Part shown: positions 44,397 to 54,100 of the stretch, piece by piece
How positions within the stretch are numbered: position 1 is the first letter of the stretch
Layout: every line of letters starts with the position of its first letter
Position numbers and translations under genes: made by a program
Notes under the pieces: generated by a model
The model's input: only the letters and a program-made list of their open reading frames with translations
Databases searched by the model: none
What the model was told of the DNA's origin: nothing
Origin: Candidatus Marsarchaeota archaeon
GTDB taxonomy: Archaea > Micrarchaeota > Micrarchaeia > Micrarchaeales > Micrarchaeaceae
Length of the DNA: 64,000 bases
Direction: 5' to 3'
NCBI GenBank assembly: GCA_023485545.1
Contig: JAMCZI010000005.1
Location: 967-64,966, forward strand

Positions 44397-45929
44397 TTGT
44401 TGTTCCCGCTATTCTACCGTGTAAGCATGATGGTAGGGTTCAAGTACTACAGCAATGCAAAGGTTGCAGCTGCATTGTTTGTGTCAATCGCTATCATAGT
44501 GTTCCTAATAACGATAAGGGCTGACCACCTGTTCTTCTTCGCGCTGCCAAAGCCAGTTACAATCAGGCTCCCGCCGCCAACCCCTGCCCAAGTGTGCAGC
44601 AAAAACCTCTCGGTAGACTACGGTTATGCAAAGGCCCTCTCGCTCGCGGCATATTCTACGCTGTCCAATTACACCGCATACTCCTCAGGTTCAGGCCAAG
44701 AATCAAACGCGAGCCTCAAGTATCTCAAGCTTCTTTATTCCGCAATGAATTCTTCAGCATTGATTCCAGAGCTTCTAGGGGCAGTATCCGGCTATAATCT
44801 TTCTTCCTCATATTCAGCCTCGAGTCCGTGCAGCATGGCGAACTACAATGAAAATACGAGCCAGGCTGAAGTCCTCGGAGTCCTTCTTGGGTACAATATA
44901 AGCGTATTCAGAAGCCACCAGGCGCGTGATGAATTCCTCGCGCTCAACGTCGACACATCGCTGCTCCCAACGCCCTATTGGCCAAACGTAACTCCTTTGC
45001 TATCTGTTCAGGAGCCGCAGCCTGCGTATACCGCTTTGTATTCTACAGAACTTATGAACGGCTTTGAGCGCGCTCTCAATGCGACTGCAGATTATGCACT
45101 GCATGCCGGCATGCAGAAAAACGCATTTTCCAGCATCTCTACTGAACCAGAGAACGCATCGCTCGGCGGCATGTTCATAAGCTACCTCCCGCCAGGTGAG
45201 AACCTGTCTGCGCTAAGCAAATCTGGATATTTGCCGCAAACGCTACCGTTAATCACCCTATCGGAATATTCATGCCTTGCATATCCGTACCAGTCCAATG
45301 CCGCTTGCGCTTACAATTCTACGCACAGCGAGCGCAGGCTTCTGCTCTATGAAATTTTTGCTGAGCAGCAGGTAGGATATTCGCTTTCACAGCTCATCTA
45401 TCATCGCAGCTTCAACCCCTCAATCGCTTTTGCAGGATACCGCAACGGCAGCCTCATGCTTGAGGTAGCAAATGCGCAGCAGGATGAGCTGGCCAACGCC
45501 ACAATATCGTTGAACGGAAAGAACTACAGCCATACAAGATTTCTTTCCTACTTCTACATCAACGTGAGCCTCAAGCCAGGATACAATAATATATCCTTCA
45601 AATCGCAAAATATTAAGCTCAGCACGACCCTATACATAAATCCTGAGGTGTCGGTATCTGCGGTGGCCTATCACGCAAACGGAAGCGCAGAGCTGTACCT
45701 CTCAAACTACGGCGCCTCCAATGTATCGATATACAATCTCAAGGTTTCAAACTTTCCAGATTCAAACACAATAGTCCCTGTCCTCGCCATCGCTTCCGGG
45801 AACTCGACTGCAATCAGGTTTTCAGGAGAACCATGCAATGCGTCAACAGGGCCGCAGGTGCCTATATACGTGCGCTTCAATTCCAGCAAAGGGAACGGCG
45901 TTTACTACACCACAATGTCATGCGGCTGA
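44397..45929 (+). CDS. N-terminally anchored extracellular protein rich in N-x-S/T sequons (unknown function)
   Basis: 510 aa with a single TM AAALFVSIAIIVFLITI. Many sequons (NLS, NYT, NAS, NSS, NTS, NIS, NVT, NGS). Confidence 0.55.
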   Translation: MLFPLFYRVSMMVGFKYYSNAKVAAALFVSIAIIVFLITIRADHLFFFALPKPVTIRLPPPTPAQVCSKNLSVDYGYAKALSLAAYSTLSNYTAYSSGSGQESNASLKYLKLLYSAMNSSALIPELLGAVSGYNLSSSYSASSPCSMANYNENTSQAEVLGVLLGYNISVFRSHQARDEFLALNVDTSLLPTPYWPNVTPLLSVQEPQPAYTALYSTELMNGFERALNATADYALHAGMQKNAFSSISTEPENASLGGMFISYLPPGENLSALSKSGYLPQTLPLITLSEYSCLAYPYQSNAACAYNSTHSERRLLLYEIFAEQQVGYSLSQLIYHRSFNPSIAFAGYRNGSLMLEVANAQQDELANATISLNGKNYSHTRFLSYFYINVSLKPGYNNISFKSQNIKLSTTLYINPEVSVSAVAYHANGSAELYLSNYGASNVSIYNLKVSNFPDSNTIVPVLAIASGNSTAIRFSGEPCNASTGPQVPIYVRFNSSKGNGVYYTTMSCG

Positions 45930-45959
45930 AAGCCGAGTAAACTGTCACCAGGAATCTAC

Positions 45960-46910
45960 ATGTACTTGAACCTGTATAATCCAACTGATGTATCCTTAAT
46001 CGAGGCTCTCATATTGTCCTACCTCCTAGGGATAGTCCACGGCATAACTCCTGACGAGCATACGTGGCCCATAACGTTTTCCTATTCCGTAGGGAGCTAC
46101 AGCACAAAGGGCGGCGCGAAGGCCGGGCTGCTGTTTTCCCTCGGGTTCACTGCCCAAAGGTCTATACTGTCCGAAGTCGCATACGTAGGACTCGCCGGAA
46201 TCTTCATCACGGCTGCGGCGTTTGGGATAACATACATAGTGGTGGGCGTAGCAATGGCCGCAGCCGGATTCTACGTGGTGCGCTTTAAGAAATATCCGCA
46301 CTGGCACTATCTGGAGAAGAAGCTGGGCATTATCTCTGGCCTTCACAAAAGCGAGAAGGAGCAGGCGCCAGAGCTGATGCACAAGCGCGACCCCTCTTCG
46401 CAGCGCAGGGACGAGGTTGCCGGCACCAAGCCTGTGCCGCTGAAGCTTGCGCTCCTGCACGGTTTTGTTGCCGGATTCGGATTTGGCGCATTTGCGCTCC
46501 TGATATACTTCGTTCTCGCCCCGACAATGCCGTCCGCGCTGTACGGGTGGGTACCAGGCATGCTCTTTGGCCTCGGAACGATGACAATGCAAATAATATT
46601 CGGTGCATTCTTCGGAAGGTATATGCGCCATGCCAAGCGCCTCACCGAAAACGGCATAAAGTTTGTTGCCAGGACAATATCCGGATTCGTGCTGCGCTAT
46701 GGAGGGATAGCCTTCATCGTCGGCGGCATACTCATACTCGTGTTCCCGCAGCTTCTCAGCTACGGAATAAACACAGGGATCAAGGTCCACAACCTTGACA
46801 ACCTTGGGATAGGGTTCTTCCTTGTCATAATAAGCGTCGTCGTCATCGGGATTATAGGATATTTTTCGGCGATGTCAAGAGCGAGGAAACTGGGCTATGT
46901 TTCAGCATAG
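45960..46910 (+). CDS. Polytopic membrane protein, possible metal-ion transporter (H-x4-D-x-H in TM1)
   Basis: 316 aa with about 6-7 helices. LGIVHGITPDEHTWPI is reminiscent of NiCoT-type H-x4-D-H signatures. Function is not established. Confidence 0.4.
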   Translation: MYLNLYNPTDVSLIEALILSYLLGIVHGITPDEHTWPITFSYSVGSYSTKGGAKAGLLFSLGFTAQRSILSEVAYVGLAGIFITAAAFGITYIVVGVAMAAAGFYVVRFKKYPHWHYLEKKLGIISGLHKSEKEQAPELMHKRDPSSQRRDEVAGTKPVPLKLALLHGFVAGFGFGAFALLIYFVLAPTMPSALYGWVPGMLFGLGTMTMQIIFGAFFGRYMRHAKRLTENGIKFVARTISGFVLRYGGIAFIVGGILILVFPQLLSYGINTGIKVHNLDNLGIGFFLVIISVVVIGIIGYFSAMSRARKLGYVSA

Positions 46911-48321
46911 GCAGGACGGTGACAGCAGGAGCAGAGCGGCTCCCGTGTGACACTGCCGAATGGGTCTCCCCTATCTTCGGTATTACTACGTCGTATGCCA
47001 ACACTAGCGACTGGCTAAGCGAAATCTGCTTGCCCTTCTCGCCATGCACTATGAATATTTTCTTCAACCCGTGCACCCTCCTCGGTATCTCCTCCAAGTT
47101 CTTCCTGTCGGAGTGCGCCATTATTTTGTGCTGCTCAACTGTGAGGCGTATCGGTACGAGATGGCCCTCAAAGTCCACCTCCTTGGCTCCGTCGAGTATA
47201 GCCCTTCCAGGGGTGCCGTCAGCCTGGTATCCTACTATTATGAGCTTGTTGTTCGGGTCACTTGCGAGCTTCTGCATGTAGAATACTACCGGCCCTCCCT
47301 TCATCATGCCGCTCGTTGTCACAATCACGCAGCTTCCACCCTTAACTATCCTGTTCCTCTCGTTCCTGCTCACAAACTTGAAGTTCTTGTCGCTCTGCAT
47401 AGCTTCCCTTATGTCCTTCTTGCAGTACCTAAGGTTGCGCCTATGGACCTTCATTATCTTGCCTACTGCGCCGTCGGCATACACCGGGACCTTCTCCATC
47501 CTTCCGGATTCTATCGCGTGGTTGAGGAACATCAGCACCTCCTGCGACCTGCCTATGCCAAAGCTGGGTATTATTACCTTGCCACCTGCAAGCAAGGTCG
47601 CGTTTATGCTATTTATCATCTTTTCAGCGCGCGCCTCCTGATCCCCATAAATGTCGTCCGCCCCGCCGTAGGTGCTCTCCATTATTAGCGTATCCGCCTT
47701 GATGTTGTTGAGGTCTGCCCCGTTAAGTATCAGGCTCTTCTGCAGGTTTATATCTCCAGTATAGAGTATTGACTTGCCGTTGTACGTTATGCGTATTAAC
47801 GAGCTGCCTATTATGTGCCCCGCGTTTATGAATTCAACGCGCACATTCCGGAATGAAAATGGCTTCCTGTACTCCACTACCTTGTAGCTGCTTGCCAGGG
47901 CCTTCATCACCTTTCCGGTGATCTCTTCAGGCTTCGATATCCTTACGTAATCGGCTACCTGGAGCTTCATGAGCTCTGCTGTCGGCTCTGTGAGGTAGAC
48001 GTTGCCCTTGTAGCCCCTCGCGAATGCGTGTGTCACGAAGCAGCAGTGGTCCAGGTGTGCGTGAGTCACGAATATTGCGCTCACTCCTTTCAGCTCCTCA
48101 TCCGATATTTCGGGCATGCGCATCTTTCCGTTCTGGTCGTTTCCAGGCTCGTTGATGTTTCCCAACCCTGCGTCGAGAAGTATCTTTGTCTTCCCTGCCC
48201 TTATCATTATGCAGCTTCTTCCGACCTCCTCTGCGGCTCCGTAGAAAGAGATTTCCATTTCATTCTGTTCATTTCCTTTGCGATTGCGCGAATGGCTATC
48301 GCTTCCGTTCTGTTCTTCCAT
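46852..48321 (-). CDS. Beta-CASP / metallo-beta-lactamase-fold ribonuclease (aCPSF-like)
   Basis: VTHAHLDHCC (HxHxDH) plus downstream beta-CASP motifs. The last ~20 codons overlap the convergent gene 45960..46910. Confidence 0.8.
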   Translation of the reverse strand: MEEQNGSDSHSRNRKGNEQNEMEISFYGAAEEVGRSCIMIRAGKTKILLDAGLGNINEPGNDQNGKMRMPEISDEELKGVSAIFVTHAHLDHCCFVTHAFARGYKGNVYLTEPTAELMKLQVADYVRISKPEEITGKVMKALASSYKVVEYRKPFSFRNVRVEFINAGHIIGSSLIRITYNGKSILYTGDINLQKSLILNGADLNNIKADTLIMESTYGGADDIYGDQEARAEKMINSINATLLAGGKVIIPSFGIGRSQEVLMFLNHAIESGRMEKVPVYADGAVGKIMKVHRRNLRYCKKDIREAMQSDKNFKFVSRNERNRIVKGGSCVIVTTSGMMKGGPVVFYMQKLASDPNNKLIIVGYQADGTPGRAILDGAKEVDFEGHLVPIRLTVEQHKIMAHSDRKNLEEIPRRVHGLKKIFIVHGEKGKQISLSQSLVLAYDVVIPKIGETHSAVSHGSRSAPAVTVLPMLKHSPVSSLLTSPKNIL

Positions 48322-48596
48322 ATATTCACTTTTTTTTCTTAATCTTAAAATCAGGAATAGGCACGCCTGCCATTGACATAGTCCAACGTTTCAAACCTTA
48401 AACCACCAAACAAGCAGATCAATGCAATCTTCCTGCAAATTGCAGACATTCCGTAAAGAATAAGCGCACAATGGTGCAAATTCAATAACTAACCGCAATT
48501 AAACAGTTATACTATGCATGTCCTAATATTTAAACCCCACGGTTTGCAGTGCGCTGTGCACATTCCCATATTGCGCGCGCGATGTTTACGATAGCA

Positions 48597-48694
48597 AGCC
48601 TCAGGAGGGATTTGAACCCCCGGCCTTCTGCTTTGTGGCATCCCTAAGCCGGGATTTACCATGCAGACGCTCTGCCATGCTGAGCTACTGAGGC
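48597..48694 (-). tRNA. tRNA-Thr (anticodon GGU) with 24-nt intron at the canonical 37/38 position
   Basis: Reverse complement: GCCTCAG TA GCTC AGCATGGCA GAGC G TCTGC ATGGTA[AATCCCGGCTTAGGGATGCCACAA]A GCAGA AGGCC GGGGG TTCAAAT CCCTC CTGAGGC T. Intron is about 48633..48656. Confidence 0.8.
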
Positions 48695-48731
48695 ACATGC
48701 AGATGATATTGCCCTCAAAAAGTTTAATAGC

Positions 48732-50252
48732 TTAACTTATGCTTACCTGCGGCATGGTTCCCCCAGGCGGGCAGTCGCGCAGCGCGAACCACTGGAATGT
48801 CGCCTGCGCTCCGCTTCCGTGGTTGTACGTAGATATGCCCGGGATGTAGCTTCCATTGCCGAACGTTGCGTCTGATGATGTTATCGTGTTGGTGTAGTTC
48901 TGCTGCGCATAATGGTTCCCATCACCGCAGAATCCAAGGCTCACTATTGAAGGGTAGTATGAAGAGGTCCCAGACGCCAAATCAGTATAAGCTCCGGAGA
49001 CGTCCTTCCAAAGCTCCTCTGTTGTGCCGCCAGCATACCCTCCAAGGTAGCCGTCGTTTATGTTAGCCCCGCTTGTCGGAGTGGATGAAAGATTGTTCTG
49101 TGAGAAGAAAACAGCAGCGTCAGACGTAGTGTCAGATGTCACCATCGCGTCCGCAACCTGCGGCACGCTTACCGTGCTGTTGTAATATACGTCCGTCTCA
49201 CCGCTTCCTGGCGTGATTATGAGCTGGTTGTCTAGCGACACACTGCCTCCGTTCAGAAGCTCGCCAAAGCCCTGCGGAAGCGCACTACCTGCAAAATTGG
49301 AGTACTCAGAGAAGACCTTTGCGCCATTGTCATACTCGCCGTACGTCTTGCACGTTGCTGTGAGCGAAGGATTGGGACAGCTCAGCTGCGGCGCCTCCCC
49401 CGCAAAATTGTCCTTGTAATCCGCAACCTTGGGAAGGAAGTACATGCTTATGCCCAGGGTCGCGCCTGCCTGTATGCCGTTCGGCAGCTTAACCCAGAAT
49501 ATTGCATTTGATGTCGATGTGTTCGAGCAGCCTGACTCGCACCAGCTGTAGAGCTCCTCGTTGCCTGAGAAGAATCTCACATTGCCAAGGTTCGCTCTCT
49601 CGTACTGCGCGTATGTCGAGGGGCCGAAAGTTATCATCTGCTGGAATCCCGGCGGCGCTGCTTGCGAAGCGGTGTTTATTACGTTGACTGTGAGGAAGGA
49701 GCGCCCGGAAGACACTGGTTGCTGGCTGATCAGATCATACGGCACAGGCTCGGACTGCAGCCTTACGTTGCCCCTGAAAGTAAAATTGTCGTTTGCTTTG
49801 CAGTAAAAGCTGCCTATGCCAGGCGAGGACGGCGCGCAATAATTGGCATACATGTAGAAAGTGCCCGAGTACAGATTGCCGTTTGTCGGGGTGACGCTGA
49901 CGTTGGCCATGCAGTACGTGTACTCGCCGTCCACCACCAGGCTTGGTATGCAGTACCCGCTGACGCTGTTCTTTCCGCCTATGAATGCGCTGAAACTGCT
50001 TATGTTCACTATACCGGGCTCAACATCCTGCGCGACTATGAACAGTTTCGACCCTATGCCTGTCGTGGTGTTTACTGTGTACTCCGAATCTACGCAGTTG
50101 AAATTGTTGAAGAAAACGCACTGCGAAGGCACTATCGCCTTCGGGAGGCCTATGAAGAAATACAGTATCGCTATCACTATCGCAAGTAGGAGGAATACAA
50201 ATCCGTAAGTGGACATGAATTCCAGCGCGCTTTGCGATCTCATACCTGCCAT
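48732..50252 (-). CDS. Class III signal peptide (prepilin-like) protein with DUF2341/LamG-like domains
   Basis: N-terminus MAGMRS/QSALEFMSTYGFVFLLLAIVIAILYFF. The internal segment NVRFFSGNEELYSWCESG...AIFWVKLPNGIQAGATLGISMYF resembles DUF2341. Confidence 0.65.
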   Translation of the reverse strand: MAGMRSQSALEFMSTYGFVFLLLAIVIAILYFFIGLPKAIVPSQCVFFNNFNCVDSEYTVNTTTGIGSKLFIVAQDVEPGIVNISSFSAFIGGKNSVSGYCIPSLVVDGEYTYCMANVSVTPTNGNLYSGTFYMYANYCAPSSPGIGSFYCKANDNFTFRGNVRLQSEPVPYDLISQQPVSSGRSFLTVNVINTASQAAPPGFQQMITFGPSTYAQYERANLGNVRFFSGNEELYSWCESGCSNTSTSNAIFWVKLPNGIQAGATLGISMYFLPKVADYKDNFAGEAPQLSCPNPSLTATCKTYGEYDNGAKVFSEYSNFAGSALPQGFGELLNGGSVSLDNQLIITPGSGETDVYYNSTVSVPQVADAMVTSDTTSDAAVFFSQNNLSSTPTSGANINDGYLGGYAGGTTEELWKDVSGAYTDLASGTSSYYPSIVSLGFCGDGNHYAQQNYTNTITSSDATFGNGSYIPGISTYNHGSGAQATFQWFALRDCPPGGTMPQVSIS

Positions 50253-50304
50253 CGCCTATCATATCCTATAAAGTTAATAAAACCCTTTTGCTAATTATCA
50301 TGCG

Positions 50305-51141
50305 ATGCTACAATTTGATCCGGTATCGGCTGCGCGTTCGTTCAAGCCAAGGCGGGACTACGGGCAGAACTTCCTGATTGAGGACAGATTTGCCGATTAT
50401 GAAGCATCGTGCATCTCTGGAAAAAAGGTCATGGAGTTCGGCCCCGGATTGGGGATGCTGACACGGCACCTCTGCGACAAGGCTGATACTGTCCTTGCCA
50501 TAGAAAAGGACAAGCGGCTCTACGAGGCTTTGATAGCGAGCCTCGACTTTAAAAATCTGGAAATCATCAACTCCGATTTCTTCTCGCTCGGGCCTGAAGT
50601 AACTGACGGCTATGGCGTCTTGATAGGCAATGTTCCATACAACATATCTGGAAAACTGGTCCTCTGGCTCGCCTCCTCGCGCATCGAAGCTTTCATCTGC
50701 GTGCAGAAGGAGTTCATAGACCACGTTCTCGCAAGGAGCGGGACACGCAAGTATTCAAGGATAAGCGTAATCTCCGCCCTCTCCAGCGACATTACAATCC
50801 TGCGCGACAGAATACCACCGTCTTACTTCTTTCCAAAGCCGAAAGTAGAATCCGTATTCGTACGGATAACGCCGAAGAAGACCAAAATCGGCGACCTTGA
50901 AGTACGCATAATCTCATCAATAATGTCATACAAGAAGAAGACGATTGCAAACGCGCTGCGCGACTCTGCAACCGCGCTCGGCATTGGCAAGGGCGACATG
51001 GCTCAAATTATTGGGGAAATAGGCATTCCAGAAAAAAGGCCTTTCATGATGGAGCCAGGCGAGCTGCTTGGGGTAGCTGAAGCAGTCATTGGTGTGATGG
51101 CTGGCGGTACCAAAAAGCCGAAAGAAAAGCATACTTACTAA
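50305..51141 (+). CDS. rsmA: 16S rRNA (adenine1518/1519-N6)-dimethyltransferase KsgA/Dim1
   Basis: GQNFLIED, EFGPGLGMLT and GNVPYNISG motifs. Confidence 0.85.
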   Translation: MLQFDPVSAARSFKPRRDYGQNFLIEDRFADYEASCISGKKVMEFGPGLGMLTRHLCDKADTVLAIEKDKRLYEALIASLDFKNLEIINSDFFSLGPEVTDGYGVLIGNVPYNISGKLVLWLASSRIEAFICVQKEFIDHVLARSGTRKYSRISVISALSSDITILRDRIPPSYFFPKPKVESVFVRITPKKTKIGDLEVRIISSIMSYKKKTIANALRDSATALGIGKGDMAQIIGEIGIPEKRPFMMEPGELLGVAEAVIGVMAGGTKKPKEKHTY

Positions 51142-51143
51142 TA

Positions 51144-51153
51144 TTATAAATAA
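51144..51153 (+). promoter_or_regulatory. TATA-like box upstream of the giant surface-protein gene
   Basis: TTATAAATAA lies 3 nt after the ksgA stop. The predicted TSS near 51175 favours ATG 51189 over GTG 51159 as the start. Confidence 0.4.
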
Positions 51154-51188
51154 TTGCCGTGGTAATAAAGACTGTAAGAAGTGTGAAA

Positions 51189-54100
51189 ATGCGACAAACG
51201 GGCATGTATCTTGTCTTAATCATAATCTCCCTGATGCTTGCACACTCATCTGCCGCACAGTCCTTGCAGCAGGGCCAACAGGCCAACGCAACTCTGCCGC
51301 AGGTCGCATACCAAACCACTTCACAACCAACATCCGACTACGCCTATTACACGGTTACGCAGCCACAGTACCCTGGAGGGCCACCAGTCACCAATTCGTA
51401 CTACTATACAAATTTCACACTTGTCGGCGGATTCAATAGCGGCTGCAGGAGCTCGCTCTGGCATGCAGGCCCCGGAACAACAGTGACGTGCACCCGCAAC
51501 GGGGCCACATTCTCATTTACCGAAACACAAAACAACGACACCACTGTCGTATACGGATCCGGGCAGAACTATCCAAAGAACAATATGTTTACCGTATCTG
51601 GCCAGCCTGATGCTGTGTGGGTGAGCTATTCTACCTCATGCGGTTTCTTTAGCACATGCTACCATGTCGGCTATGCAAGCATAAACCAGCCCCCTACTGG
51701 AAGCTATCTTGATATATATGGGGTTTACTACGCAGGATTTACACAGACCAACATGCCGAGCTCCTGTGCAGGAGATATGAATTCAAACAACAGCCCCGTC
51801 ACCTGCAACAGCATCACATACGATAAAATTCACGACGGGTCTGCCCTAATGTACGAGCAATACTCGACTGATGGTTTTCCTGAAGCATACATGAAGGTCA
51901 GTATATATCAGAATGAAAGCAACAAGTCGCAGTATTACGCCGCCTTCCCGTATGAAACCGTATCATCGTGCAGTGGGCCATCATGCCGTTTCGGAGGGAC
52001 TAAAAGCGCCGTCTACGCAGCTGGAATGACCCCTGCCCTATCGCTTTCCGTTTCGCCATCCAGCTTTGTCACTGTCCTCAAAAGACAGGTTACCTTTACT
52101 CTTTCAGCAAAAAAAGGTTACGGCCCATATTCCTACACTTACAGCGTCTCAGGCCCGGGCAAGTACAGCGAGAGTGGGTCCGGAACCTCGGAAAGCTTCA
52201 CCTTCTATTCACAGGGCAGCTACTTGATAACTTTTACGGTCACGGATGCTGGCGGGCAGACAGCTACTGCAACTGCCCAGGTGACTGTTAATAAGCCAAC
52301 CATACCTCCACAGTGCAATCCATATACGCCTACTGCAGGAAACTGCATCTTCCTCAACGGCAGCACCATAACCACTGGGAATTATGGCAATTACGCCGGG
52401 ACAGGCAGCTTCAGCACCTCTCAGAATGGCCCCACGAGCAACACTCCAGTAATAGCAAATGTAATACTCTCAAACCTTGCTAACAACCAGTACCTGCTTA
52501 CATGCCCCAATACTCCAAATCCGTCCAACACTTTAGAGTATATAGTTGGCAACGGCGTTTCTAGGATAGGTGGTGACGCCTGCCTTGCGAACGCAAACTC
52601 CCTGAAAACCAACGTATCCCTTGAGACAAACGTCACGTGGAGCCAGTACCAAGTAGCAAACGGCACCATAAACGTGCATTTCATCAACTTGACACAGGCA
52701 TATCTGGACGACCTTGGCTATGTGGGAGAGGCCAACAATTCTGGCTCCTATGCATACAACATATCGAACGGCTACGGCACCAATACACTGATATACCAGA
52801 ATGTTCCGTCGCAGACGCAGTACGGCATATGGTCATGGTACGCCAAGTATGCCGATCTCTCCAGTGCAAACAATCCCTCGTTCCTCTCAAAAGCCAAATT
52901 CGCCGAGGCGTTTCCTTCTCTGGACGCACCGTTCCAATACCTCACTGTCGATGTAAATGAGACCAATTCAGCAGGAAACTCATACACATGTGCCTACAAC
53001 TACACGTATTCGATAGGGGACAGTTTAGACTCAATACAGAGCGCCAACATAACCATACCCAAGCAGATCAATGCGCAGGGAGATAGTTACGTCAACATAA
53101 ACGGAATCAACCACAAGCCCTACACATACGCCAACGGCGGGAATTCAGTGTATAGCCAGTCATGCACAAATTATGTGTTCTACCAATCCTGCAGCACCTC
53201 CGGCAATTCAGGATATGATAGCCTGTGGGCAGGGCAGAATGACATAGTGATAGGCAGCAACACGTTTACCCTTGCATCTCCAAACAATGTCGCCACTGTA
53301 AAAGTCTACTCCAGCGGCAAGTACACATCTGAGCCTGGCAACTACTATTTTTATGACAACGGCGCTACAAATACCTACTGGGTGCCATATTGTATACTCG
53401 CTTCCAGCGGTCTTGTTGGGCCAACATGCAAGCAACAAAGCAGCGGCCTCGCGCTTGGAGTAGGAACATATACTGCAAACATCTACTTCGGCTCTGCTCC
53501 AAACGGGCAGCAGTGGACCAATTCCTCCATATTCCCATATTTCCTATACAACATATCGGTTCCTGCAACATACAGCAATCTGGCTGCTCACGCGGAATAC
53601 CTTAACTTGTCATATGACACATACAGCCCTTACAATTATCTCAACCCTGCAAACGCGCTTGAGCCCCTGCCAATACAAATGGGCTCCGGCCTGTTCGCCA
53701 CTATAAACGGCATACTGTCTGTACTGCCGCTCAACATAACATCAACTACAGACCCCAATGTGCAGGAACTGTCAAGCGCACCCCAGGCCTACTTCATCTC
53801 TGACCTCACACCAACAACAGCCAACTCGCTCCACCTCGGCTTCCTAAAGAGCCTCTTCGGCAACTACACGTCTGCAGCAGTCTCCAGCCCTTCCTTCATA
53901 GCTGCGTCGCCCAATGACAATATATACGCGCTCAACTACACATCAATACCAAGCGACTGCTTTGGCTTCTGCATATCCACAACAACTGATTCATATCTGT
54001 ACGACATGCGCTTCATACCATACGGCTACTTCAACGTGAGCAACGAGCAGCCTGACAGCGTGGCGCCTGAGCCTAACAGCATTGCATGGAACGAGAGCTG

